64,000 nucleotides of DNA from Bacilli bacterium (GTDB lineage Bacteria; Bacillota_I; Bacilli_A; RFN20; CAG-826): assembly GCA_017959905.1 (NCBI GenBank), contig JAGCZS010000005.1, positions 88,737 to 152,736 on the forward strand, written 5' to 3'. Each line of letters starts with the position of its first letter. Position 1 is the stretch's first letter. A program made the position numbers and the translations under genes. The notes beneath the pieces are model-generated. The model did not search any database, had not been told where the DNA came from, and saw only the letters and a list, made by a program, of their open reading frames with translations. Of this stretch, positions 41,230 through 49,975 are shown one piece after another.

Positions 41230-41440
41230 TTTATTTTTAATTGTTGCAATAATTATTATTATTTTAGTTTTACTTCAAAGCGGCAAAAGTGATGGCGCTT
41301 CCAGTGCAATTATTGGCGGTAGTGGATTTGATACCAATATTTTCGTTAAAACAAAAGAGCGTGGTAGCGAAAGAGTTATGACAATATTGACATTTATTTT
41401 TGTAATTTTGTTTATCGTTCTTGCCATTCTAAATAATTAA
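41219..41440 (+). CDS. secG: Preprotein translocase subunit SecG
   Basis: 73 aa with two TM helices and [19 protein letters not shown]. Confidence 0.7.
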   Translation: MLYNLFLIVAIIIIILVLLQSGKSDGASSAIIGGSGFDTNIFVKTKERGSERVMTILTFIFVILFIVLAILNN

Positions 41441-41457
41441 GTGATACAATTAAACAT

Positions 41458-41814
41458 ATGAAACATAAATTATTAGATTTAGTTAGCAATAGCCAAATAA
41501 ATAAAAATACAAAAAAGTTTAATGTTGGCGATATAGTCAAAATTTCACTGAAATCAGTCGCTAGTAATGATCCTGCAAAAAAAAATAAAGGTCGTACACA
41601 AATTTTTGATGGATTAGTTATTAGTTTAAAGGGAGAAGGTTCGAATAAAACATTTATTGTTCGTAAAACATTTAGCAAAGGAGATGCTAGCGTAGAAAGA
41701 ACGTTTTCTCTATATTCTCCATTAATAGAAAATATTGAAGTAGTGTCGTCACATAAAGTAAGAAGAAGCAAATTATATTATATTAGAAATAGAAATAGTA
41801 TTTATAAGGTTTGA
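41458..41814 (+). CDS. rplS: 50S ribosomal protein L19
   Basis: 118 aa with [12 protein letters not shown]...TFIVRK...[22 protein letters not shown]...[13 protein letters not shown]. Confidence 0.85.
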   Translation: MKHKLLDLVSNSQINKNTKKFNVGDIVKISLKSVASNDPAKKNKGRTQIFDGLVISLKGEGSNKTFIVRKTFSKGDASVERTFSLYSPLIENIEVVSSHKVRRSKLYYIRNRNSIYKV

Positions 41815-41838
41815 TTTTATTTTTCGAAGAATCACCAT

Positions 41839-41925
41839 TGGTGGCTCTAAAGGGATTCGAACCCCCATGGTTTTTACGCCGGATAATTTTGAGTCATCTG
41901 CGTCTGCCAATTCCGCCATAGAGCC
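41839..41925 (-). tRNA. tRNA-Leu (anticodon CAA), type II, CCA encoded
   Basis: Reverse complement GGCTCTATGGCGGAATTGGCAGACGC-AGATGACTCAAAATTATC-long variable arm-GGGGGTTCGAATCCC-TTTAGAGCCACCA. Leu-type D-arm; anticodon loop CUCAAAA. Confidence 0.8.
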
Positions 41926-41945
41926 TTATAAAATATTACATAATA

Positions 41946-42032
41946 TGGTGTAGCTATTGAGATTCGAACTCAAAAAGAATTTTATTCACTAGTTTCTGAA
42001 ACTAGCGCGTCTGCCAATTCCGCCATAGCTAC
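41946..42032 (-). tRNA. tRNA-Leu (anticodon CAG), type II, CCA encoded
   Basis: Reverse complement GTAGCTATGGCGGAATTGGCAGACGCGCTAGTTTCAGAAACTAGTG...GAGTTCGAATCTCAATAGCTACACCA. The anticodon arm closely parallels E. coli tRNA-Leu(CAG). Confidence 0.75.
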
Positions 42033-42049
42033 TAAAATATTTGTATATT

Positions 42050-42126
42050 TGGTGACCCTAACGAGATTTGAACTCATTCCTTGAGCTTGAAAGGCTCACG
42101 ATCTAACCAATTAATGCTATAGGGCC
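42050..42126 (-). tRNA. tRNA-Glu (anticodon UUC), CCA encoded
   Basis: Reverse complement GGCCCTATAGCATTAATTGGTTAGATCGTGAGCCTTTCAAGCTCAAGGAATGAGTTCAAATCTCGTTAGGGTCACCA, with anticodon loop CUUUCAA. Confidence 0.7.
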
Positions 42127-42128
42127 AA

Positions 42129-42204
42129 TGGCGCTTATCAGAGGACTTGAACCTCTGACCCCCCGGTTAACAGCCGATAGCTCTACCAACTGAGCTAGAT
42201 AAGC
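42129..42204 (-). tRNA. tRNA-Asn (anticodon GUU), CCA encoded
   Basis: Reverse complement GCTTATCTAGCTCAGTTGGTAGAGCTATCGGCTGTTAACCGGGGGGTCAGAGGTTCAAGTCCTCTGATAAGCGCCA. The D and anticodon arms match Bacillus tRNA-Asn. Confidence 0.8.
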
Positions 42205-42262
42205 TTTTTTATTATAGCACAATTATAATTTTGACGCAATTAATAGCAGGTTAATAAAAAAA

Positions 42263-42847
42263 TTACAGACGTCTATTGTACCACTCTATAACTAAATTTT
42301 CATTAATATCTCTTGGTAATTCGTTTCGTTCAGCTTCGCGTACAAAAGTAGCTGTCATATTATTTTTATCTACTTTCATTGTAGGAAAACTTTCTTTTAT
42401 GTCTTTTATTTTTTGTTGGATGTTTTTTTTCAGTTTTTCTGTTCGAATACTAATAACATCATTAACAGAACATAAATAACATGGAAAATTATTTATTCTG
42501 TTGTTAACTAAAATATGCCTATGATTCACTAATTGTCTTGCTTCGCGGCGCGTGCTCGCAAAACCGCTACGAAAAACAATATTATCAAGTCTACTTTCAA
42601 ATATTCTAAATAAAGCAAGACCGGCAACAACCTTTTTATTCTTGCGCGCTTGTAAAAATAATCTTTTAAATTGTTTATCGTCTACTCCATATAATTTTGC
42701 TATTTTTTGTTTTTCTCTTAATTGGAGGCCGAAATTACTCATTTTTTTGTTATGTCTATTTTCGACAAATTTCTTTTTTAAATCTTTTCCATTTTCAAGT
42801 ATAGAAAACCCTAATTTACGGGATTGTTTATAGATAGCTTTTTTCAT
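42263..42847 (-). CDS. rpsD: 30S ribosomal protein S4
   Basis: 194 aa containing SRKLGFSILENGKD and an S4 RNA-binding domain (RLDNIVFRSGFASTRREARQLVNHRHILVNN). Confidence 0.9.
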   Translation of the reverse strand: MKKAIYKQSRKLGFSILENGKDLKKKFVENRHNKKMSNFGLQLREKQKIAKLYGVDDKQFKRLFLQARKNKKVVAGLALFRIFESRLDNIVFRSGFASTRREARQLVNHRHILVNNRINNFPCYLCSVNDVISIRTEKLKKNIQQKIKDIKESFPTMKVDKNNMTATFVREAERNELPRDINENLVIEWYNRRL

Positions 42848-43005
42848 GATCCTCCATAATTTTGTTTATCTAAATTCTAATAGATTTTTTTTTGTTAAAA
42901 AAATATAATGGCGCACAAATATTTTATTATAAAAACCGTATTTTAGTTATAATTATAGGGTATGAACAAAAATAATGCAAATTTCATGGTTGATATTTTA
43001 TAATC

Positions 43006-44658
43006 TTGGGAAGTATGGACATTATAACTATTTTAATTTTCGTTGGTGTATTTATATTATTTATTATTGGTATCTTCAGCTATTTTTATTTTTTTAGAGA
43101 TAAAATAACAATTAAACAGAATATTTCTTTTCAGAGTAGATGCAATTTTTTGTGTGATTTATTAGATAATAAGATTACTAATTATCTCAAGCGTTTGGAA
43201 TATATTTCGCAGAATAATCCAACATATATTGAAAAATATACTAGTTTTGTAGATGTTGTTAATACTTTAAATATCGAAGCAAAAGAAATTAAACAAATTT
43301 TGAGTATTTTTCAAGATAATATTTATCAAAACAACATTTCTAAAGTACGAAAACAAATTAAAATAAATAGACGCAAAATATTATCTTTCGAAAAAAAAGT
43401 AACAAATTTAGCTGACGATTTAATGGTTTTTTTTATTCCTGAAGAAAATCAGAGATGTATTTTTTCCCAGCTTTTAAAACAAATAGAGAATATAAAAAAT
43501 TTTTTTAATAATAATGAAAATAGATTATTAATTTTTAGAAATAAATACAATGCATTATTTAATAATTTTAGTAATTTTAGCGAAAAATTTAAACATTATT
43601 TAGATATCGGGGAATTTAATGAATCTAAAAAAATTTTAAATAAACTAGAAATTTTTGTGGAAAATTTTAGTTTTTTTAATAATGTTATAAATGATAATAT
43701 TGGTGTTTTATTAGAAATTTTTTTTAAAATAGATATTTTTAATAAAAAATTTAATTCTCTCATTGAAAAACACGATCTGTACGATTTAATATTTAACAAT
43801 GTTTTTCTTATCAAAAATGATTTGCAATATGTGTTTAAAAAAATGAAAAAATTTGATTTAGAAAATATAAATGAGAATTTAAAAAACATTAATAGCGTTT
43901 TAGATAAAACGTATTTTTCACTAATAGATGAAGAAAAAGCAAGCAAAACGTTCTTAAAAGAAATTAGAGTTTTTGATAAACAATTATATTTTTTGGAACA
44001 AAATTTTAATCAACTTCAAAATTTTTTTAAAAAAATAAGCAAGGTTTATATTTTAAACAATTTTTTAATTTCTAAGTTTCACAATCTAAAAAAAAAAGTA
44101 ACTAGTATTGAGGCTACAAAAAGTATTTGTTTCAATACTAGCAATACACCAAAATGTTATTTTTTTTTATTAAATAAAATTAATGAGACAAGAAAAGTCA
44201 TAAAAGATACAAATAATAATATTTTTAGTTTAGAAAAGGAAGTAATATCGTTAAAAAGCGATATGGAAAAATATTATATTTTAACTTATAATTTTTATTT
44301 TCGTTTAAAAAAAGTAGAAAAAATGATTAGAGATATTAATATAGATTATATGCATAAAAAATACGAAAAAGAAATACAAAATATATATGATGTTCTTAAT
44401 GAAACGATGGACATATTAACGATTATTCCAATTAATACAAATAAAATTTGTGATAACTTTAATTTTTTGAATTTAAAAGCTGATTCATTTATTAATAAAA
44501 TCAGCAAAGAAATAAAAACATTAAGAATGGCGGAAAATGCCATTTTGTATATAAATAATGATAACGCTGTTTTTGTAAACACAAGTATAAAAAATAATTT
44601 TTTTAAATGTGAAGCAGAACAAGTTCTTTTGGATATTAAACAAGTTTTAAACAGATGA
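43006..44658 (+). CDS. EzrA-like protein (N-terminal TM anchor + ~510 aa of predicted coiled-coil), assigned by topology and synteny
   Basis: 550 aa. One N-terminal TM helix, then K/E/N-rich repetitive helical sequence. It sits in the Bacillus rpsD - ezrA - nifZ - thiI neighbourhood. Confidence 0.4.
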   Translation: MGSMDIITILIFVGVFILFIIGIFSYFYFFRDKITIKQNISFQSRCNFLCDLLDNKITNYLKRLEYISQNNPTYIEKYTSFVDVVNTLNIEAKEIKQILSIFQDNIYQNNISKVRKQIKINRRKILSFEKKVTNLADDLMVFFIPEENQRCIFSQLLKQIENIKNFFNNNENRLLIFRNKYNALFNNFSNFSEKFKHYLDIGEFNESKKILNKLEIFVENFSFFNNVINDNIGVLLEIFFKIDIFNKKFNSLIEKHDLYDLIFNNVFLIKNDLQYVFKKMKKFDLENINENLKNINSVLDKTYFSLIDEEKASKTFLKEIRVFDKQLYFLEQNFNQLQNFFKKISKVYILNNFLISKFHNLKKKVTSIEATKSICFNTSNTPKCYFFLLNKINETRKVIKDTNNNIFSLEKEVISLKSDMEKYYILTYNFYFRLKKVEKMIRDINIDYMHKKYEKEIQNIYDVLNETMDILTIIPINTNKICDNFNFLNLKADSFINKISKEIKTLRMAENAILYINNDNAVFVNTSIKNNFFKCEAEQVLLDIKQVLNR

Positions 44659-45779
44659 TTTATTTTGATAACGCTTCAACATCAATTATAGAAGATAGTG
44701 TTTTGAAAAGTTTTAATGAAATTATTAAAAGTTATCCTGCCAATCCTAATAGTAATCATAGAATAGGTTTTTTAGCTAATAGAAAATTACAGCAGGCGCG
44801 CGATGATATTCTTAAAACTTTAAAACTAGACAAAGAAAAATATGATGTTATTTTTAATAGTGGCGCAACCGAAGGCATTAATCACGTTATAAAAGGATAC
44901 GCCTTAAAAAACCAAAACAGAGGTTTAGAAATAATTTCTTTTAATAACGAACATATAGCTGTATTGAAAAGTTTAGATTATTTAAGAAATAAAGGTTTTA
45001 AAATTACATATGTTAATTGCGATAAAAATGGAGAAATCGATTATAATGACCTACAAAAAAAAATAAACAACCAAACAATTATGGTTATTGTTATGTCTGT
45101 AAATAACGAAGTAGGAGCTATAAATGATATAGTTAGAATAAGCGATATAGTTTCCAAATATAAAAAGTGTGTTTTTTTTAGCGATATAACACAGTCTGTC
45201 GGCAAAATACAAGAAAATTATAACGGCATTGATATGATGGCCTTTTCTCCTCATAAATTTGGCGGATTAACAGGATCTGGCGTTTTAATAAAAAAGAAAA
45301 AAATATTATTGGAAAAGTTAATTGACGGCGGCAGTCAAGAAAATAATTATCGTAGCGGCACAGCTTCGTTAGCTTTGCATGCATCTTCATCTTATGCTTT
45401 ACAATTAGCGAATAGTAATTTGAAAAAAAATTTAGAAAAAGTGAATAATCTTAAAAAAATTTTAATAAACGAACTTTCTTCGATTGACGAAATAGAAATT
45501 AATTCTCATAATAAATTCCCATATATTATTAATTTTTCTTTAAAAAATAAAAAAGCAAGCGTCGTTATTGAAGCGCTATCACAAAAGGAAATTTATGTTT
45601 CTTCTTTAAGCGCTTGTAGTAGCAAACTTAATAAAAAATCATATGTTTTGACAAATATGAATAAAAATTTTCAAATATCAACAAATTCTATTAGAGTTTC
45701 GTTTTCACACAACAATACCGAAAAAGAAGTTTTAATTTTTGTTAAAGAAATAAAGGAAATTTTAAATCAAATTAAATGA
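44655..45779 (+). CDS. nifZ: Cysteine desulfurase (class V aminotransferase, NifZ/IscS-like) partnered with ThiI
   Basis: 374 aa starting MIYFDNASTS, with a PLP-lysine region SPHKFGG and an active-site Cys near SACSS. Overlaps thiI by an ATGA junction. Confidence 0.8.
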   Translation: MIYFDNASTSIIEDSVLKSFNEIIKSYPANPNSNHRIGFLANRKLQQARDDILKTLKLDKEKYDVIFNSGATEGINHVIKGYALKNQNRGLEIISFNNEHIAVLKSLDYLRNKGFKITYVNCDKNGEIDYNDLQKKINNQTIMVIVMSVNNEVGAINDIVRISDIVSKYKKCVFFSDITQSVGKIQENYNGIDMMAFSPHKFGGLTGSGVLIKKKKILLEKLIDGGSQENNYRSGTASLALHASSSYALQLANSNLKKNLEKVNNLKKILINELSSIDEIEINSHNKFPYIINFSLKNKKASVVIEALSQKEIYVSSLSACSSKLNKKSYVLTNMNKNFQISTNSIRVSFSHNNTEKEVLIFVKEIKEILNQIK

Positions 45780-46954
45780 AATATACACATATAATAATTA
45801 AATTTGGGGAAATATTTTTAAAAAAAAGAAATCGATTTTTTTTTATCAATAAACTTTTAAGCAGCATTAAAATTCGTTTAATTAAAAAAAATATAAAAAT
45901 AGAAAAACTTTTTGATCATATAAAAATTTGTTTAAACAATGTCGGCGATAATAACGATATTAATGAAATAATAGATATTTTAACGAAGGTAAGCGGCATT
46001 CATTCTCTTTCGCCAATTATTCAAACATCTTTAACAATTGACGATATTTTAGAAAAATTATTATATTTATTAAATGCAAAAAATAACAAGACTTTTAAAA
46101 TTTTTTGTAAAAGAAATAATAAAAAATTTTACTTAAATAGCGATTCAATAATACGAATTTTAGCTGATAAAATTTTAGAAAAAACATCTTTAAAAGTGGA
46201 TGTTCACAATCCAGAAATTAAATTATTTGTTGAAATTCGTGAAAATTATGCATATGTATATAGCGACATTTTTTATGCTTGTGGCGGTTTTCCTACAGGC
46301 GCAAGCGGCAAGATGCTAATGTTGATTTCTGGCGGAATCGATTCGCCAGTAGCGTCATATATGCTAATAAATAAAGGAATTGTGTTAGATTTTATTCATT
46401 TTGCCTCGCCGCCGTACACAAGCGAAGCTGTTATAGATAAAATAAAAGATATTTTAAAAGTATTGCATAGTCACGCTCCATATAAAATGAAATTGTATAT
46501 AATTCCATTAACCGATATACAATTAGCCATTTATTCTTTGAAAAATAATTCTTATGCTATTACACTTTTACGCCGTATGATGTATCGGATAGCTAATAGA
46601 ATAGCCATTAAGTTTAATTATTTAGCTATAGCAAGCGGCGATTCTATTGGACAAGTATCATCACAAACTTTAGAATCAATAAAAACCATAGAAGACATAA
46701 ACGAGAATAAAGTCCCTTTATTAAGACCTCTTTGTGCTATAGATAAAATAGATATTATAAAAAAAGCAAAAGAAATTAAGACGTTTAATATATCTATTTT
46801 GCCTTATGAGGATTGTTGCACAGTATTTTCTACCAAAAAAGTCCAAACAAAACCTGATATAAAAAAAGTTATTGAATTAGAAAAAGGGATAAATTTTAAT
46901 TTAATAGACAAAGCTATAGAAAAAGTTCAAATCGTTTTTATTGATAAAAATTAA
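45776..46954 (+). CDS. thiI: tRNA 4-thiouridine synthase ThiI
   Basis: 392 aa with a THUMP-like N-terminal domain and PP-loop LISGGIDSPVASYML. Confidence 0.85.
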   Translation: MKYTHIIIKFGEIFLKKRNRFFFINKLLSSIKIRLIKKNIKIEKLFDHIKICLNNVGDNNDINEIIDILTKVSGIHSLSPIIQTSLTIDDILEKLLYLLNAKNNKTFKIFCKRNNKKFYLNSDSIIRILADKILEKTSLKVDVHNPEIKLFVEIRENYAYVYSDIFYACGGFPTGASGKMLMLISGGIDSPVASYMLINKGIVLDFIHFASPPYTSEAVIDKIKDILKVLHSHAPYKMKLYIIPLTDIQLAIYSLKNNSYAITLLRRMMYRIANRIAIKFNYLAIASGDSIGQVSSQTLESIKTIEDINENKVPLLRPLCAIDKIDIIKKAKEIKTFNISILPYEDCCTVFSTKKVQTKPDIKKVIELEKGINFNLIDKAIEKVQIVFIDKN

Positions 46955-46960
46955 TATTTA

Positions 46961-47320
46961 TTATTTAATTTTTAATTTATTTTTTACCTGTTGCACTAAA
47001 CTGGTAAATAAATCGGCATCATGCAAAGCTATTTCGCTCAACATTTTTCGGTTAATTTTAATTTTTAACTGTTTAAGCCAATATATAAAATCTTTGTAAC
47101 GTGTGTTATTTAAACGACATGCATTGTTAATACGCAATATCCATAGCGCTCTAAAATCTCGTTTTAATTGTTTGCGACTATTAAAAGCGTATTGGCCGCT
47201 ATGTAATAGTTGTTCTCTAGCCGTTCTGAATAAAGCGTGTTTGCTTCCAAAATACCCTTTAGCTCTTTTTAAGACTTTTTTTCTTCGTCTTCTTGTTGTA
47301 TAGCCGCCCTTAACTCTCAT
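46961..47320 (-). CDS. rplT: 50S ribosomal protein L20
   Basis: 119 aa starting MRVKGGYTTRRRRKKVLKRAKGYFG. Confidence 0.9.
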   Translation of the reverse strand: MRVKGGYTTRRRRKKVLKRAKGYFGSKHALFRTAREQLLHSGQYAFNSRKQLKRDFRALWILRINNACRLNNTRYKDFIYWLKQLKIKINRKMLSEIALHDADLFTSLVQQVKNKLKIK

Positions 47321-47332
47321 ATTATCCTCGAT

Positions 47333-47530
47333 TTATTGAATTAAATATTTTTCGCGTTTCATATCTGATTTTGATACAAAACGATATTTTCTTAATCTTT
47401 TTCTTTGTTTTCTAGTTTTTCTATGTGCTAAATGGCCGGTATAAGCACATGCTCTTTTTAATTTTCCGGTTGCAGTAGATTTAAAACGTTTTTTAAAACC
47501 ACTTTTTGTTTTTATTTTGTATGATTTCAT
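47333..47530 (-). CDS. rpmI: 50S ribosomal protein L35
   Basis: 65-aa basic protein in the infC-rpmI-rplT operon. Confidence 0.85.
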   Translation of the reverse strand: MKSYKIKTKSGFKKRFKSTATGKLKRACAYTGHLAHRKTRKQRKRLRKYRFVSKSDMKREKYLIQ

Positions 47531-47545
47531 AATAAATACCTATAC

Positions 47546-48022
47546 CTATGTGCTTGGTGTAATTAAAATTCTTAAATTTTTATTGTTGTCTTTATTTTTT
47601 TCAAGTTTTGTTTCGGTAAATGCAATATCTTTTTTTAATTCATCCTTAAATTCATTTATTTTATTTTCTCCTAATTCCTGGTAGTTTTTTTGTCTTCCTT
47701 TAAAAAATAATTGTAATTCTACTTTATAACCTTTATTTAGAAACTTTTTAGCATTATTTACTTTCGTTTTAAAATCCCCTGTATCAATTTGAGGTGAGAT
47801 TTTAATTATTTTTGTTTTTATAACAGATTTACGCCCTTTTTTCATCTTTTTTTTCATAATATAAAGATGTTTTTTATAATCCATTAATTTAAAAACACGT
47901 AATTCTGATTTTTTACTCACACAAACAAGATCTAAATGTTGATCCTTAGCCATGTTTTCAGCATCTTTATAATCCATAATGCCAAGTTTATCGCCATTAT
48001 TTCCGACTAAAAGAATATGCAT
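47546..48022 (-). CDS. infC: Translation initiation factor IF-3
   Basis: 158 aa with LLVGNNGDKLGIM...HLDLVCVS and a C-terminal IF3 domain. An in-frame TAA two codons upstream fixes the ATG start. Confidence 0.8.
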   Translation of the reverse strand: MHILLVGNNGDKLGIMDYKDAENMAKDQHLDLVCVSKKSELRVFKLMDYKKHLYIMKKKMKKGRKSVIKTKIIKISPQIDTGDFKTKVNNAKKFLNKGYKVELQLFFKGRQKNYQELGENKINEFKDELKKDIAFTETKLEKNKDNNKNLRILITPST

Positions 48023-48078
48023 TAATTAATTTTGACCTTTAAATTATTCATTATTACCGTGATATTATAACATATTTT

Positions 48079-49971
48079 TTACTTTTTCTTTTTTATATTA
48101 TTAACAATCATTTTTATAAATTTATTTTGATAAATCGAAAATTGTTCTGTTTTGCTATACATTCTATATGTTATGCTATTGTTTGATATTTCATTATTAC
48201 CGATAACTATTGTATACGGTATTTTATTTACTTGGGATTTTTTAAGTCGATAACTTAAACTGTTTTCAAAATCAATAGTTGCTCTTATATTTTTCTTTTT
48301 AAGACTATCAAGAAAATTTTCAGCGTATTTTATATGTTGATTGTTTACGGTGAGTATCCTAACTTGTTCTGGTGCTAACCATAATGGTAAAATGCCATTA
48401 AAATGTTCTAAAATGATGCCAATAAAACGTTCTATAGATCCAAAAGCTGCTCTATGTAACATTATAGGAGTAACCCTTTCGTTTTTTTTATTTATGTAAT
48501 ATAAATCAAAAATTTTTGGTAAATTCATATCCAATTGAATTGTTCCACATTGCCACGTTCGTTCCATTGAATCTTTTAATTTAAAATCTATTTTCGGTCC
48601 ATAAAAAGCACCGCCGCCATTATTAATAACAATTTTTTTGTTAAATTTTTTGCATGCTTCTTTTAAAATTTGTTCGCTTTTGTTCCAACTTTTAATATCA
48701 CCAATATATTTATCAGGCCTTGTTGATATTTCAATGTGGTAATTTAGGTTAAATAATGAGTATATTTTGTTAAAAATTTCTATTATTTCTATTATTTCTT
48801 GCTCTAATTGATCAGAACTGCAAAAAATATGGGCGTCATCTTGCGTAAATTCTCTTACGCGAAATAAGCCATTTAAAGCGCCGCTAGCTTCGTGTCTGTG
48901 TACTAATCCTAGTTCCCCTAATTTAATAGGTAGTTCCTTATATGAATGTTGTGCATTTTTATAAACTAAAATACATCCTGGGCAATTCATAGGCTTAATA
49001 GCATATTTTTCTTTTTCTACTTTTGACAAATACATGTTTTTTTTATAATTTCGCCAATGTCCGCTAGTTAACCACAATTGTTTAGATAATATTATTGGCG
49101 TTTCGATAAAAGAATACCCATATTTTTTATGAATATCTATCCAAAATTTTTTTAATTCATTCTTTAAAATAATCCCATTTGGCAACCAAAACGGTAAACC
49201 CGGGCCATATTCAGAAAACATAAATAGCTGAAGATTTTTGCCTATTTTTTTGTGATTAATTTCTTTTTGTTTTTCAATTAAATCTAGATATTTTTTTAAT
49301 TCGATATCATCCCTAGCTACAATGCCATAAATTCTTGTTAATTGTTTATTAAGACTGTTTCCTTGCCAGTATGATCCTGATAAAGATAATATTTTAAAAT
49401 GTTTTAAAAAAGATGTATTTGGTACATGCGGCCCAATACATAAATCCACAAAATCATTTTGTTTATATATGGAAATGTCTTCTTTAATTTGTTTTATCAA
49501 TTCTAGTTTATATTTATTATTTTTAAATATGTTATTAGCTTCTTGCTTTGAAATTATTTTTCTTTCTATTTTAATTTTTTCGTTGGCAATTTTTTGCATC
49601 TCTTTTTCGATTTTTGAAAAATCATTTTCTGATAGAACGTTATCAACAAAATCGATGTCATAATAAAAACCTGTTTCAATATTAGGCCCGATAGCAAATA
49701 AGGCTGTCGGATATAATCTATGCACAGCGTGAGCTAATAAATGCGCGCCACTATGATTGTATATCGCTTTCGCTTCGTCGCTATTTTTGTCGATTAATTC
49801 AATACGATCGTTTTCATTTATTTTTATATAATTCGATAAATCAAAAAGTTCCCCGTTTATTTTATAAGCAATAATTTCATTTTGGTTTTTGACGAATTTT
49901 AGTAACACATTTTCAATATTGATATCTTTGCTATTAATATTTATTTTTTTGTTATTTAAAATAATTTTCAT
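48079..49971 (-). CDS. thrS: Threonyl-tRNA synthetase
   Basis: Has a TGS domain, a second additional domain with HSGAHLLAHAVHRLYP, the class II core and an anticodon-binding domain. The start is moved to the ATG at 49971 (MKIILNNKK), 4 nt after the pyk stop. The track start at 50040 overlaps pyk. Confidence 0.85.
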   Translation of the reverse strand: MKIILNNKKININSKDINIENVLLKFVKNQNEIIAYKINGELFDLSNYIKINENDRIELIDKNSDEAKAIYNHSGAHLLAHAVHRLYPTALFAIGPNIETGFYYDIDFVDNVLSENDFSKIEKEMQKIANEKIKIERKIISKQEANNIFKNNKYKLELIKQIKEDISIYKQNDFVDLCIGPHVPNTSFLKHFKILSLSGSYWQGNSLNKQLTRIYGIVARDDIELKKYLDLIEKQKEINHKKIGKNLQLFMFSEYGPGLPFWLPNGIILKNELKKFWIDIHKKYGYSFIETPIILSKQLWLTSGHWRNYKKNMYLSKVEKEKYAIKPMNCPGCILVYKNAQHSYKELPIKLGELGLVHRHEASGALNGLFRVREFTQDDAHIFCSSDQLEQEIIEIIEIFNKIYSLFNLNYHIEISTRPDKYIGDIKSWNKSEQILKEACKKFNKKIVINNGGGAFYGPKIDFKLKDSMERTWQCGTIQLDMNLPKIFDLYYINKKNERVTPIMLHRAAFGSIERFIGIILEHFNGILPLWLAPEQVRILTVNNQHIKYAENFLDSLKKKNIRATIDFENSLSYRLKKSQVNKIPYTIVIGNNEISNNSITYRMYSKTEQFSIYQNKFIKMIVNNIKKKK

Positions 49972-49975
49972 TGTT

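Noticed and set aside
47546-48078. IF3 appears N-terminally short and starts with ATG rather than the atypical AUU start common for infC. The thrS-infC spacer is only 56 bp, so no L20 leader or T-box.
   Set aside because: An in-frame TAA two codons upstream of the ATG fixes the start. The shortening is modest and start and leader features vary widely among reduced genomes. Not enough to call unusual.
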